DNA of 64,000 nt from a phage, in the NCBI GenBank assembly GCA_016658885.1, contig GCA_016658885.1_4807.1; one strand, given 5' to 3'. The position numbers were made by a program, and so were the translations under genes. The notes beneath the pieces were generated by a model. That model did not search any database. It was given only the letters and a program-made list of their open reading frames with translations, and was not told the origin of the DNA. Below, one piece after another: positions 34,276 to 45,524 of the stretch. Position 1 is the stretch's first letter; each line of letters begins with the position of its first letter.

Positions 34276-34919
34276 TACATAACTGCTAGTGCATCTTTGT
34301 AACGCTTTCTTCGCAACTCACCGTGGTTTGCTGCGTTCGGCGCGGCCCCGTTAATGCGCTTAACGGTTGAATCAAAATTTCCTGCATCCGCAAGAGGAAT
34401 ACAGCCGCTATTCTTAAAGAACCATGCCGCGCTGTCAGCAATGTATTTTGGTTCAGTCAGAATATCAGGATTGTTCAATGCATCATAACCTGATTGACGC
34501 GTATATTCCGCATAGTTCGCCTTACCAGTCAGCTGAATGGCACCACGGCCACGGTACTTCCAACCGTCGCCAGATGCTACTGAACCGTTGCCCATGCGGT
34601 TTGCATATGTATTATTGGCGATTTCCACAGGTTTACGGGCAATCGACAGTGCCAATGAGTTCGGGGCACTTCCAGAGCGACCGTTGACGCTGTAACGACT
34701 AGGCCATGTATTGGCAAGACCTTGAGCGGAATAATTCAGATTTTCCACAAAGGTCTTCAGACTGCCTGTTTCCACTCCTACGTTTGCAAGCAGCGCCGCG
34801 ACGGCATTCTTGCTTTTGATTCCGTAGTGCTCACAAGCCTTCTTGAAGGGGTCGACCCATTTTTCAGCAACATCCATGCTGCATCCGGTCCCTTTAGATA
34901 TTACGTTTGCATTAATCAT
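34275..34919 (-). CDS. endolysin, glycoside hydrolase family 19 (chitinase-like)
   Basis: 214 aa; WKYRGRGAIQLTGKANY matches the GH19 catalytic region; last gene of late operon. Confidence 0.65.
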   Translation of the reverse strand: MINANVISKGTGCSMDVAEKWVDPFKKACEHYGIKSKNAVAALLANVGVETGSLKTFVENLNYSAQGLANTWPSRYSVNGRSGSAPNSLALSIARKPVEIANNTYANRMGNGSVASGDGWKYRGRGAIQLTGKANYAEYTRQSGYDALNNPDILTEPKYIADSAAWFFKNSGCIPLADAGNFDSTVKRINGAAPNAANHGELRRKRYKDALAVM

Positions 34920-34927
34920 AAATCACC

Positions 34928-36711
34928 TTATGCGCTTCTGTACCAGCCGTTCAAGACGACATATCGCGGCAGAGTTGAAACAGCCGTCGGCACGGACTGT
35001 CCTGCATCGCCAGTGTTACCGACCACATCGTGAGTGTGAGCGGGAAGTGTATAGCTGTGGCTGTGATTGCCGGAAAATTGAATATTCAAGCCATGGGTGT
35101 GTGAACCAGAAGATTGAATATTGTGGACATGGTTGCCGTTAGTTGAAGTGTTGAATTTGTAGTTATCATAATCCGTCTTTCTGCTTCCAATGTTGTTGTT
35201 TGTTCCATCATAAACTCCGTATCGAGCTTGGTCGGCAAACGCCTCGCCCCATCCGCTGTCGTGATGGTGGTTACCAGCTGCATCCATACCGTGAGAGTGA
35301 GCACCGTTTTGGCTTGTATCACCTATGTGGTTATGGTTGCCTGCGTCTCCAGTGGTATTTGACCATGGACCACTTTGTCGCGTGGTAATGTTCACGCTGT
35401 GATTGTGGAGTGGAAGCATTGCAGCGGTAAGGGTAACAGAGTCTGCACCGCCAGTATCAAGACCGTTTCGCGCCGTGCCAGACGTGCGAATCACCATGTT
35501 ATCAGGCAACCTTGTCCATACCTGACCGTAAGCGCCCAGTTTAGTATTTGGGTTAGTCCCGTTGGTAAGGAATCGAGTCTCACCAACTTCGAATACGTCG
35601 CCCATGGTAATCAACTTCGCGGCAAGCGCGTCAAGTTGCCTTTTGGTAACAAACTGCTGCGGCTCCGTAGCATCAACGCCGATTTGCGCCGCGCCGAATG
35701 CCTGAAGAAGACGCCAAACAGTGCCGTCATAGATGATGGTGAATGGCAACAGGCCTACGATAGCGCCAGCTGGCAACTCGCCGCCGTCGAATCCAAGGAC
35801 GGCAACTTTGTTTACACCAATGGTCACGGTGACAGGTCCGGTAGTCGTTACATCATTGACGATTGTCAGGCGACTACCTGCTGACGGAGGCCATGAATAA
35901 CCTGCTGGGACGGTAAGGATTATGTCTTGCGCTCCTTTGCCTGATGCAAGATTCGGCGTTCCAATTTGCACGTCTTGAACAGTGGCATTTTGAATCCAAG
36001 CACTCCAAGCACCAGAAGTATAAGAGCGAGTAAACAAATAGCCATTCATTGATGTATATTGCTGCAAGGCAAAGGTCTGCGCATCGACCTGCCAAGCGCA
36101 GACCTGCAGCCGACCTGCAACCTTCGTTGCGCCAACCGCATTCGGGATGTTAGAGCACAGAGCGGCGACGGAATCGGATTGAATCACGATAGTTGTGGAA
36201 GTCGTGATATTATCGAAGTCCACAAAGCTTGAAATCAATCCGCGAACGAAGTACGGGTTTTGCGCATCGCCGCCAGCAGGCATCGGAATGTATTTTCGCG
36301 CTTCGCTGGGCAGTGTTAATTCCTGCCAAGATTCCGTTTCTCCGTTGGCTGGGACGGCGCTGGTGTTGCCGTCAACCACGCTCTGGAAAATGCGCCACTC
36401 AGGCGCTGAAGGAGTTCCAGAGTTGCTTACTACGATGGCGTTTTTTGGGTATCCATCCGGCTTCAAGTCAGACGAGAAATACTGTTGAGCGCCGTGGTCC
36501 TGGATGAACATCAGGTTGTCGGTGATCAGATTCAACAACCAGTTCATCGACTCACGTTCAACCGCTTTCGCGGCGACGTTTCCAGCTTCCAGAGCAAGTG
36601 CATAGTCAGGGGTGTAGCCGCGCTGGAAGTTCACATAACCGCTTGGGCTTGCATCCGGCACCACGGATACATCACCGCTTTGCGCGAAAGGTCTGTTAAT
36701 AAGTGTTGGCA
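34928..36711 (-). CDS. tail fibre protein with C-terminal His-rich HxH repeat domain
   Basis: 594 aa from ATG at 36709-36711 (GAGGAA SD); C-terminus has repeated HNH/HSH/HTH/HHH triplets. Confidence 0.6.
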
Positions 36712-36722
36712 TTGCCGTTCCT

Positions 36723-39461
36723 CTACACGATGTATTTAATTTTTGATAAAAGGGTCGACGCCCAATCACCAGTTAAGTCAGTTATGTTCATGCTTGAAAC
36801 ATAACCGCCAGCAGCACTTCTTGGAAAGTTTACTGTTGCTACAACGTCACCATTCGAAGCAATCAATTGAACTCCAGTGGCAAGTGATCCTGGGTTTTTG
36901 ATGTATATAGAAGTTGCAGTTTTCTTTGCAAAGTCTTCGCTTGTTGAAATCGCAAGCGCATTCATCGTATCTCCAGACACAAGCATCAAGCTTAAAATAT
37001 CAAGTTCAAGAGTCGTGCCAACTTCGGTCGGCAAGTCTTTTCCTGATATCAATCCGATGCTGATGCCGCCTGTTGATCCATCCCAGTTAGCTCCTGCCAC
37101 AATCTCAGCGGCAAGGTCAATCTCAATGCGCTGTAAATCACCAACACCGATGTTATAGAATTTAGGGATATAGCCGCCCATTCCATCCGGTACAGTTACA
37201 AAAAGCTTCTGCCCGTTAACCGTGTTGTTTTTGACTATCGCAATGAATGATAAAGGACCAGTAAGCGTTCCAGTATATTTTGTTGCGAGAACGGCGCGTG
37301 CATAACCGGACGTTGGCACAGTCCCTATTGTAGCGGAAAGCTTGAATGATGGGAACTGGTTGGGCGCTCCGCTTATTGGCGTTGCCGTCACTGTGTTTGC
37401 ACCATCCTTGACGATGTTACCAAATGAAGTTCCATCATTCGGCTGAGTATAGCGCCAATAGTTTGTGATGGCTGCACGCGGAATTTCACGACCAAAGTCA
37501 TCGCGAGAAGCTTTTGAGATTGAATAGTCGTTGACAAGAGCGCCATCTACGACTTGGTTCACACCTTTCAAAGATTCAAGCTGGCGTATGACGCCGTTGA
37601 AGTTGTTAAGCGGCCATTCGTTAATGCCGCCAACTCTGATGACGCCATCAGTGTTAATCCACGCAACGCCTTCCGTTTCAAATCCTACTCGCGTGTCCGT
37701 TATGTCGCTGACAGTCAAATCAATATCAGATAAGTCTGCGACTTCTTGGTAAAGCTGCCAACGTATTCCGGCATTTGCTGGCAAGAATCCTTCATTCCTG
37801 TCGCCAACTAGCGTCTTAAAGTTGTCTGACAGGTTGTTGGCGAAATAAGGTCCGATGACGTATTCCATGTAATAGTCGGCGGTCGGCGGCGGCGGTACTC
37901 CATCCAGCCTGCTAACGTTCCATGAGCGTCTGATTCCATCAGTCTCTGCAATCAATGTGGCGTTCCCTGGGTACGGGTAGCCGCCGATTGAGCCAGAGTA
38001 TGCAAGTGATGAGCCAGGTTGCATGAATGACTCTCCAACCACGCCGTTTCTTGTCGTCAGCGGCCCGTTCGCACAGGAGATGTTATTGAGCGTTCCCGCC
38101 GTTACAGACAGGATTGCTGTTCCGTCAGAAGGAGGGTTTTGCGTTCCATAAAAATAAGGCTCAGGCCCATTAGGGTTTTGAACAGGGTCGCAGACGCAAA
38201 TCGAGTATCCAAATAAAAGAGCATCAGACCCTTCAGGCAATTCACGAGTTTGAGTTGATCCAGCGGCAGTGGCCTTCAACTCTATTGAAAAGCTGGTACT
38301 TACTCCAGAAGCAGCGGTTGCCGTCTGCTCTACAATCCAGATTCGATACCAATCGCCGCCGATTGCTTTTATGCCACCACGGCTTGATTCCCTTCTTACT
38401 CCATCAAATTTTCCTGTAATGAAGTAGCTCAAAGACGGGTCCAAGTTGAACTGTCCAGTGACGGGATCAAACAGCTTTCCATTACTCGATGCATCACTAT
38501 TCTCTGTAACAGAAACAGAAGCGACGTTTTCAGAAAGCACCTTTATGTAGAAGCTATAGCAAACGTTGACGCCAGCCTGCGAAGGAAGCGAAATTGATTT
38601 GGCACTTGGATTATTGGCCAAAGAATACACAGGCTCACCGCTTGAAGCCGTCTTGACTACCCTTACTGCGTTCGCAAAATTCTCTATGGCCTCGCCTGGG
38701 TAATCACCACACAACTGTCCATAGTAATCAGGACCACCATACTGTCTAGTGTCGCCGCCGACAAGGCCTGTGCCGGAACCATTCCCCCATGAGTACCAAT
38801 CTGGGTGCGCCATACGTGACACGGTGCCTGACACTCCGCTGATGGTAAGTCCTGCGTTGTTGCCATGGCTTAAAAGTATCTGCTTATAATCGTGCTGAAT
38901 CTCAGTTGACCCTTGCCAGTCGTACAGAAGGAATGAGCCATTGGTTGATTCAGACGAAGACACCGCGCCTTGAGTATTGTCGGTCACATATGCGTAGCGT
39001 GATGAAGAATAATCCCAAGCCTCTCCACGGTTGAAAATCCACTTAAGCATGCGGTTGATGCTTTCGATGCGGCCATCACTTGTAAGCGTCAGATAACGAA
39101 GCTTAAGAAGTATGCGCGCTTCTTCGATATTCTTTACAACCTTCCCGCCAGCACCAAAGAAGTTGCCGCCGATGTTGTCAGCACCTTCAAAGTTGTCGCG
39201 CGTCGGTCCGAACGCCCAGTTGTGCTCATAATTGCTTAAGTCCACAAAGTCTCTTGGTATGCAAAGAATGTCGCACCAAATATAAATGCCCATTGCATCA
39301 CAAGTGTCAATGTTGAAAATGTTGTTGTACCAGTCAGTCCAAAACTGATCTTGGTATCTTTCATACCAGTCACTTTTCTTTTGCACCAAAGACGTGATGT
39401 TTGGCGCATTGTTCTGCATCCACTTAAGGTTTTGCAACAGGTTTGTGTCAAACTTTTGCAT
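36723..39461 (-). CDS. large baseplate-attached tail fibre / baseplate wedge protein
   Basis: 912 aa, GAGGAA SD; Gly/Ser/Thr-rich fibre-like body; position between baseplate J-like and distal fibre genes. Confidence 0.45.
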   Translation of the reverse strand: MQKFDTNLLQNLKWMQNNAPNITSLVQKKSDWYERYQDQFWTDWYNNIFNIDTCDAMGIYIWCDILCIPRDFVDLSNYEHNWAFGPTRDNFEGADNIGGNFFGAGGKVVKNIEEARILLKLRYLTLTSDGRIESINRMLKWIFNRGEAWDYSSSRYAYVTDNTQGAVSSSESTNGSFLLYDWQGSTEIQHDYKQILLSHGNNAGLTISGVSGTVSRMAHPDWYSWGNGSGTGLVGGDTRQYGGPDYYGQLCGDYPGEAIENFANAVRVVKTASSGEPVYSLANNPSAKSISLPSQAGVNVCYSFYIKVLSENVASVSVTENSDASSNGKLFDPVTGQFNLDPSLSYFITGKFDGVRRESSRGGIKAIGGDWYRIWIVEQTATAASGVSTSFSIELKATAAGSTQTRELPEGSDALLFGYSICVCDPVQNPNGPEPYFYGTQNPPSDGTAILSVTAGTLNNISCANGPLTTRNGVVGESFMQPGSSLAYSGSIGGYPYPGNATLIAETDGIRRSWNVSRLDGVPPPPTADYYMEYVIGPYFANNLSDNFKTLVGDRNEGFLPANAGIRWQLYQEVADLSDIDLTVSDITDTRVGFETEGVAWINTDGVIRVGGINEWPLNNFNGVIRQLESLKGVNQVVDGALVNDYSISKASRDDFGREIPRAAITNYWRYTQPNDGTSFGNIVKDGANTVTATPISGAPNQFPSFKLSATIGTVPTSGYARAVLATKYTGTLTGPLSFIAIVKNNTVNGQKLFVTVPDGMGGYIPKFYNIGVGDLQRIEIDLAAEIVAGANWDGSTGGISIGLISGKDLPTEVGTTLELDILSLMLVSGDTMNALAISTSEDFAKKTATSIYIKNPGSLATGVQLIASNGDVVATVNFPRSAAGGYVSSMNITDLTGDWASTLLSKIKYIV

Positions 39462-39467
39462 AGTTCC

Positions 39468-40739
39468 TCACACAAATTTAACGTTGATGAAGCCGCGCAT
39501 AGTATTAGCCTTATCCCAAGGATTGGCAATCCACTCGCTGCCGTAATCGGATGGATAATTTGGCGCTGCCTGTCCGCTTTTTACTGCTGCAATTTTGCAA
39601 TCTTTAATATACAAGCCTGGATACTCGCAAGACACTGCTGAAGCAATTTCAAAAGAAGATTGAGATTGACCTACTGTATATCCTTGCTCACCGTTAAAAT
39701 TTCCATTACCGTAATTCAACACAGCGGCAATAATAGATTCGGCATCGGCGGTTGCGGTGCCTCTTACAACAGTAATGTCGACATACAAGTCATATATGAC
39801 AGCAGTGTTGAACTTTACGAAATAAGACAGTTGCGATTCTTCGTCGACAACTTCTATTCCATCAGGCGAGTTGACTGGATCACCCTGGTTGGTGGCACCA
39901 AAGTCCCACGGCTGGCCACCCATCTTTGCCTTGAAAATAGTCTCAGCAAAAACTTGCTTATCGAACGTTCCGCTTGCGCACACCCAGACACCGTTAGGCG
40001 TTGAAAAGGTGATGCCGCGCACCGTTCCAGGCAATCCAGTGTCATTCTCCACGACCATCACCGATTCCACGCCGTCGACCGACATGGCGCGAGCGCGAAT
40101 AGCACCAAGCGATGCAACGCCCTGCTGGTAAAGGCGCTTAACGCGAGCGGCCTTTAACGCTCCGTCGCCCATGTATTGCGTACCTGGTACGGTCGTCGTT
40201 GCTGATGTTGAATACGTTCTTGACCATCCGATGACGTCATATCCTTGCACCACGGTGAACTCTTCATCAGGTGCAACAGTAAATGAGCCATACTCTTTTG
40301 ATGCAAGAGTCATGTTGCTTGTCTTGCCAGTCGAAGTGATTTGAACGTCTTCAAGAACATACCAGTATGTACCGTTTGAATCCGTTAGCAAACTTCCAGC
40401 AGGAATTTCCAACAGCGGCGTTCCTTCTGCGGTAATTCCTTTCAACATCGTGCTGATGTTTTTCGTTCGCTCAATACCAAGCAACGCCGCGATGGCATCA
40501 AGGTATACGCCATATGAATAATTAGGGTTGATGAGACTTCCCAGCTCGGCGTTGTTCTTCATGACTGAAGTTCTTGCCAAAGTCTCTGTCGCGATTAGGG
40601 TGCCTTGCGGTGTCGAGGCATCAACGTCAAGCCCGACCCCTAATGACTCAATCCATTCACTTTGAACATCAGCCAGCAAATCGGCTGTGTCGATGGTTAT
40701 TACACCAGTGCTTACTATGTAAGAATATTGTGCACTCAT
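39468..40739 (-). CDS. baseplate J-like protein
   Basis: 423 aa; size, composition and position after spike gene; family assignment by resemblance only. Confidence 0.45.
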   Translation of the reverse strand: MSAQYSYIVSTGVITIDTADLLADVQSEWIESLGVGLDVDASTPQGTLIATETLARTSVMKNNAELGSLINPNYSYGVYLDAIAALLGIERTKNISTMLKGITAEGTPLLEIPAGSLLTDSNGTYWYVLEDVQITSTGKTSNMTLASKEYGSFTVAPDEEFTVVQGYDVIGWSRTYSTSATTTVPGTQYMGDGALKAARVKRLYQQGVASLGAIRARAMSVDGVESVMVVENDTGLPGTVRGITFSTPNGVWVCASGTFDKQVFAETIFKAKMGGQPWDFGATNQGDPVNSPDGIEVVDEESQLSYFVKFNTAVIYDLYVDITVVRGTATADAESIIAAVLNYGNGNFNGEQGYTVGQSQSSFEIASAVSCEYPGLYIKDCKIAAVKSGQAAPNYPSDYGSEWIANPWDKANTMRGFINVKFV

Positions 40740-41464
40740 TCTATCATATCCCCAGTTCTGTTTCCAGGTCCGTTACCTATGTGACCGTGAGTGGATACAT
40801 TTGTGCCGCCGATTGTTGTGCCAGTCGGAAGCGTTGCCGTCGTTCCTTCTTTCCCTTCTATACCACCATTGAATGTCGCCTTTCCATTCACTATCAATTG
40901 TTGTTCGATAGTGGTAATTGGTGTTTTTACGTTTACCCCAGCTGATGCGGTTATGTTTATCGAGTCATCACTTAATGCGATTCGGACAGCGCCGCTGAGT
41001 GACTGGATTACCATTGAGTCTGCATCTTCTCCGCTTATAGTGTATTTTCGGAATACATCCGGTATGAACAGTCCATCAGCGAAAGTTTTCACGCGGCCAT
41101 TGGTAGGCGCGGTCGGCTTCAATTCTTCAAGGAATGTCGACAACTCGCGGTCGCCAGCGAATATCCAGCCCAAATCACCTTCTTTCAAAGGGAAGTTGAT
41201 TACGAAGCCGCCGCCGCCGATTGCCAATACAGGAATTGACACCAATGGTTGACGCTCCACTGGTTTATCATCAAGACTTACGAAATGAATAACAGGCTTT
41301 ATGACTGCTAAATTCTGTTTGCGGTCATAAGATATTACTTGTGCAGGAATCATGCCGTCAGTGGTATACTTTCCACGGTCCAGCATTCCCTGCAGCGCGG
41401 CAAACATACTTGATTTGTCAGTTTGGTTGGGGCTTGTAAGTTGGGTTAACTTTTCTGCCATCAT
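40736..41464 (-). CDS. baseplate spike/hub protein (gpV-like)
   Basis: About 243 aa from ATG at 41464 (AAGGAG SD); Gly-rich C-terminus THGHIGNGPGN. Confidence 0.4.
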   Translation of the reverse strand: MMAEKLTQLTSPNQTDKSSMFAALQGMLDRGKYTTDGMIPAQVISYDRKQNLAVIKPVIHFVSLDDKPVERQPLVSIPVLAIGGGGFVINFPLKEGDLGWIFAGDRELSTFLEELKPTAPTNGRVKTFADGLFIPDVFRKYTISGEDADSMVIQSLSGAVRIALSDDSINITASAGVNVKTPITTIEQQLIVNGKATFNGGIEGKEGTTATLPTGTTIGGTNVSTHGHIGNGPGNRTGDMIE

Positions 41465-41521
41465 AGACTCCTTATATCTGATCAACAAATTATAATCTAT
41501 AAGGAGTCTATAAGCAATATT

Positions 41522-42043
41522 TTAGCGATTTGACTTTGATTCTTTAATGGCAGCTTCGTTTGAGTAGGCTTCATTAAGTGATTTTGCTATTAGTCCATCA
41601 AACATAGCGAATGCATCACGCAATGAATAATATTCTTCCAACTCCTTTAAAGAGGCAAGGCCGTTATTTATTAGACTTGCAACCATTGGCTCAAGATAAT
41701 TAGGCTCTACTGTCGGTGCATCCGCCAAGAATCTATTTGGAATCTTGGTGCCTTTCCAATCGCTAAGGAATCCAAAGTTGTGCTTTTTAACGGCTTCCAT
41801 TAATACTTTCAACACAAGATTAGGCGGCAAGTGATTAGGTATGCTTTTCACTTCCTCACTAATTACTTTTTCAGAATTAAGCCTTACTTTGGACCCGTCA
41901 TATTTGATGACATAACATTCACTCAATAATTCAAGTGGAGTTAATATGCTTATGTCGTCCACCATTTCGAATGCATCTATTGCGCTGAATTGATGAATTT
42001 CATAAGTAACGCCAAACAAGTCAATTACTTTATTCTTTCTCAT
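41522..42043 (-). CDS. hypothetical baseplate-region protein
   Basis: 173-aa ORF. Confidence 0.45.
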   Translation of the reverse strand: MRKNKVIDLFGVTYEIHQFSAIDAFEMVDDISILTPLELLSECYVIKYDGSKVRLNSEKVISEEVKSIPNHLPPNLVLKVLMEAVKKHNFGFLSDWKGTKIPNRFLADAPTVEPNYLEPMVASLINNGLASLKELEEYYSLRDAFAMFDGLIAKSLNEAYSNEAAIKESKSNR

Positions 42044-42045
42044 AT

Positions 42046-42918
42046 TTATGCCGATGGTGCAACGCCGCCCGTCACCGTAAATATATCATCACGACTTGCT
42101 AAATCATATTCAAGTTGCATGATGACAAATGTGGTGTCGTTCAAGCTTGGGTTTAAGACTGATTTGAATTTAACACCTTGTGCAAGCTTCAAATCTGCGT
42201 TATACATACAAGTGAAGTCTGCACCCCACTCGTTCCACATCGGTATTCCGACAAATTCCTCAATGACCGTAATCTGGTCTGGATTTAGAATTTTGTCTTT
42301 ATCCTTGACAATTAACGTATCGTCATCAATGTATGCCGCGATGGAGTTGCGTTGATAGTTCTGGATCTCAAGCAGCAGCGCAGCAGCAACATATGTCGTT
42401 CTTCCTGGATTCACAAGTCGCTGATTGTTAATCGACGTATCACAAATAACAGTATCGATGTCCATTTGTTTTGCAGACCATTCCACAAACTCTTTGAAAG
42501 TCGGGTTGGATGGCGCAGCTTGAGTGATGAACTTAGTTCTGTTTATTTGGTTGGTGTAGCAAGTGATTCTGATGACAATATTCGGCGGCGGCGCTGTTAT
42601 CTCAACTGTCGTCACCTGTCCCTTGTATACCAAGTTGCTGCTGATGACATTCCCTTCTCTGTATCCAGCTTCAATAGTCACGTTGACGTAGTTCGCCGCC
42701 AGCTGGCCTTGATCACGCAGACGTTTGTTGAATGCCGTGAAGTTGGAAAGCAGGTACTCTCTCAAGTACCCTGTTAATCCTGCGACTTCAATCGTGGCCT
42801 TATTCTGAACGGAAAGTGCTGCCTTTTTGATTCGGCATCTAAGCATCAATCCTTCGTCAAGCACTTGGCTTGTGCCATCCGGCATGGATAAGGTGACTTT
42901 AAGGATTCTCTTTTTCAA
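42046..42918 (-). CDS. putative baseplate hub / late-control-D-like protein
   Basis: 290 aa, TTG start with GTGGTGA SD; position directly after tape measure. Confidence 0.35.
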   Translation of the reverse strand: MKKRILKVTLSMPDGTSQVLDEGLMLRCRIKKAALSVQNKATIEVAGLTGYLREYLLSNFTAFNKRLRDQGQLAANYVNVTIEAGYREGNVISSNLVYKGQVTTVEITAPPPNIVIRITCYTNQINRTKFITQAAPSNPTFKEFVEWSAKQMDIDTVICDTSINNQRLVNPGRTTYVAAALLLEIQNYQRNSIAAYIDDDTLIVKDKDKILNPDQITVIEEFVGIPMWNEWGADFTCMYNADLKLAQGVKFKSVLNPSLNDTTFVIMQLEYDLASRDDIFTVTGGVAPSA

Positions 42919-42922
42919 ATGA

Positions 42923-45103
42923 TCACCACTTCAAAGGTGTAGCAGTAAGGTTGTTTATGTCGTTGATATCATCTTGTTCAAGCACGCGCTTAGTCTCAAT
43001 AGCCGTGCTTCGTGGGTCTTGAGCGCCGTTGACGTTGATGACAACGTTTTTCTGACCCATAGTAATATCACGCCCACCAGGTCGACTATTCGCGGAGAGG
43101 TCGCCGCCGTATTTCTGGAACGCCTCAAGCTGGAATGCGGCAAGACGAGCATTCTTCATCGCTTCGGCCTGAATGTTCGGCCTTACACCTGGAGTTGAAG
43201 CCAGCTGCATATTTTTAATATAATCCCTTTGCGTTCCAAGCTTAAGGTAAGTTTGAGCAAAGTCAATATCACCTTTGTTGACTTGTCCCTGCATCAACTG
43301 CTCAACTGGTACGTTCAGGTATCCTGCAATGGCTTCTTGCAACTGCCTGTATTGCACCGTTTGGCGCGATTGACCTTGTACTGGTGCATAACGGCCCTTT
43401 GGTGCTTCCGCTCCGCTACCGCTAAGTACTGGAGTAACTGGTGCACCTTGCGGCGCTGCCGTGGCATACTCACCATTGGATTGTCGGTCGAGAGCGGCCA
43501 TGACCTTTCCAGGATAAGCGCGTGTATTCTTGCCCCAGCCGCTGCGGTCGTAGCCACCGTGATACATCGTCAGCGCAAGATTCCAATCGCCGTTGGCAGC
43601 GTTTAAATACTCTTTCAACAGTTGAGCGCCGCCCATAATGTTTTGTCTAGGGTCGTTGCCGTCTGTGATACCAAGACCCTTGAAGTTGGAAGGCATGATT
43701 TGCATCAGTCCGGTCGCACCTGCTCCGCTTACGGCATTGGGGTTGAATCCAGATTCGACTTCTGTTACGGCCTTCATCATCGCAACAGGGATTCCATAAC
43801 GCTTGGATGCTTCCTCATAGATTGAGTCGTAAGCGGTCGGATTGCCTGATCCCAAGTTGTTGCCTACGGTCGCGCCAGTACTTAGTGCTGGTGTTCCAGG
43901 CATGGCAGATTGACCTGCGCTTCGTCCTATTTCACCAGCCCATGCAGCCCATGCTTGTCGCTCATCAATGACGCCAGCAAATGTTGAAACGGCGCTTGAA
44001 AACAGGTTTATATCGCGAGTGAAAAGTGCTTGCGCAGAACGTTGTTCAGCTGCGTTTTGCTCCTGGTTCCTCTGGCGTTTCACATCGCCTTCGGCCATCT
44101 GCGTGATCCATCTATCAACGGCACGCTCGTGACGCTCGTTAACAGCTGCCTGTTTATCAAACGGGTGTTTCAAGTCAGCAATGAAATTGTCGACAAATTC
44201 GCTCCATCCGTCAGACATTCTTTGGAACATCATCTGGAATCCTTCGACTGTATCGGCGGTTTTGCTGACAAGCGTCGAGAATGCAGGCATAACGTTTTCA
44301 CCGATGACCAATTCAATACGTCGCCAATCTTCTTGAATTTGCCCCATACTATTTCGTATAGTCTCAAGAGCAGCTTGTTGACGCTGCAGCTTTGCCGTTT
44401 CCTCATCGCTTATGCGTGTGCTTTCTTTCACAGACTGGTTGCGCTCGCGAAGGGCGCGGACTTCATCGGCGGTAAAACCTGCCAGAGCACCAATGGCACG
44501 AGCTGTTTGCTCATTAACACTTCTCAGCTTTGTTCCAATTTCATCAAGCAGCTGATTCGTGTCTTTGATGCCGCCGTTACTGTTGAAAGGACTTGTCCCC
44601 ATCTTGTTCAACAACAAGTTGTCCTTGTTCATCACATCGGGGTTGGTGTATGCATTGAATGCCAGATTAGAAGCTTTGCTGATTAAGTCTCGCGACCCCT
44701 GTGCGCCAAGGATGCCACCTGAACTTTCATTCAACTGTCGTTGTAGTTGTTCGACACCCATTGGAGAGAGTCCGGCTTCAAAACCAAGCTTTCTTTGCGC
44801 TTCGTATTCTTTTCGAACATCAACGATGGATTTGACGACGACTGCCAATCCTGCGACAACAGGGACGAGCGCGGCAAAACGATATGTCAGCCGCGCAAGT
44901 ATTCCGTCAATTGACCCTAGCTCACCAGTAAGCGGCTTTAGCTCGCCAAAAACATCTTTGAATGCTCCAGAGAAATCTTTGCCAGCGGATGTTGCCTTTT
45001 TGTTTGTCTGATCAACCTTATCTTGCAATTGCTCAAGACGATTGATGGACTCTTTCAAGTCCACCGTATATTGAAGCACAAATTTTTCTAATGAGTCAGA
45101 CAC
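42923..45103 (-). CDS. tail tape measure protein with lytic transglycosylase (SLT) domain
   Basis: 726 aa, GTG start with AAGGGG SD; coiled-coil N-region, hydrophobic segment, SLT signature EVESGFNPNAVSGAGATGLMQIMPS. Confidence 0.65.
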   Translation of the reverse strand: MSDSLEKFVLQYTVDLKESINRLEQLQDKVDQTNKKATSAGKDFSGAFKDVFGELKPLTGELGSIDGILARLTYRFAALVPVVAGLAVVVKSIVDVRKEYEAQRKLGFEAGLSPMGVEQLQRQLNESSGGILGAQGSRDLISKASNLAFNAYTNPDVMNKDNLLLNKMGTSPFNSNGGIKDTNQLLDEIGTKLRSVNEQTARAIGALAGFTADEVRALRERNQSVKESTRISDEETAKLQRQQAALETIRNSMGQIQEDWRRIELVIGENVMPAFSTLVSKTADTVEGFQMMFQRMSDGWSEFVDNFIADLKHPFDKQAAVNERHERAVDRWITQMAEGDVKRQRNQEQNAAEQRSAQALFTRDINLFSSAVSTFAGVIDERQAWAAWAGEIGRSAGQSAMPGTPALSTGATVGNNLGSGNPTAYDSIYEEASKRYGIPVAMMKAVTEVESGFNPNAVSGAGATGLMQIMPSNFKGLGITDGNDPRQNIMGGAQLLKEYLNAANGDWNLALTMYHGGYDRSGWGKNTRAYPGKVMAALDRQSNGEYATAAPQGAPVTPVLSGSGAEAPKGRYAPVQGQSRQTVQYRQLQEAIAGYLNVPVEQLMQGQVNKGDIDFAQTYLKLGTQRDYIKNMQLASTPGVRPNIQAEAMKNARLAAFQLEAFQKYGGDLSANSRPGGRDITMGQKNVVINVNGAQDPRSTAIETKRVLEQDDINDINNLTATPLKW

Positions 45104-45106
45104 AGT

Positions 45107-45523
45107 TTACCCCTTGTTTGGAGTCTCGCCGCTGAGGAATGGCGCGATTAATCGCATCGATTCGCCGATGAATGCTGCAGCCATTTCGCCGCCAGCTTGT
45201 TCCCAGTAGCCTTCACGCTCGGCGTGAGTATCTGGGTTTATACCGTTCTCCATGAGGACTGCTTCGAAGACTTCTTTAAGGTTTTCCCAGTCACCAAGAT
45301 GGTTGTCAATTAGTGCACCAGTACTTAATGGGATTTCTTGGCCCACATCAAGCTCGACTTTTGCGAAGCTCAACACTTCCATCGTATACTCTGAACGAAA
45401 AGCAGGGTCTTTCGACATTGCAAATTCGACAAAGCGACGCTGAATATTCCAGCCTTCCATCGCAGTCATTTTGCTGATTTTAATTTCTACTGTACGACCA
45501 GTTTGTTTGTTGGTGATCTTCAT
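45107..45523 (-). CDS. putative tail assembly chaperone
   Basis: 138 aa; immediately upstream of tape measure gene. Confidence 0.35.
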   Translation of the reverse strand: MKITNKQTGRTVEIKISKMTAMEGWNIQRRFVEFAMSKDPAFRSEYTMEVLSFAKVELDVGQEIPLSTGALIDNHLGDWENLKEVFEAVLMENGINPDTHAEREGYWEQAGGEMAAAFIGESMRLIAPFLSGETPNKG

Positions 45524-45524
45524 T

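Noticed and set aside
36877-39641. Plus-strand ORFs opposite the tail fibre and baseplate genes (e.g. 36877..37158, 37531..37752, 39351..39641)
   Set aside because: Antisense to long, well-supported structural genes, with no RBS and Ser/Pro/Thr-rich nonsense translations.
42923-45103. Lytic transglycosylase domain in the tape measure protein as a novel feature
   Set aside because: Peptidoglycan-hydrolase domains in tape measure proteins are well known; reported as a feature only.
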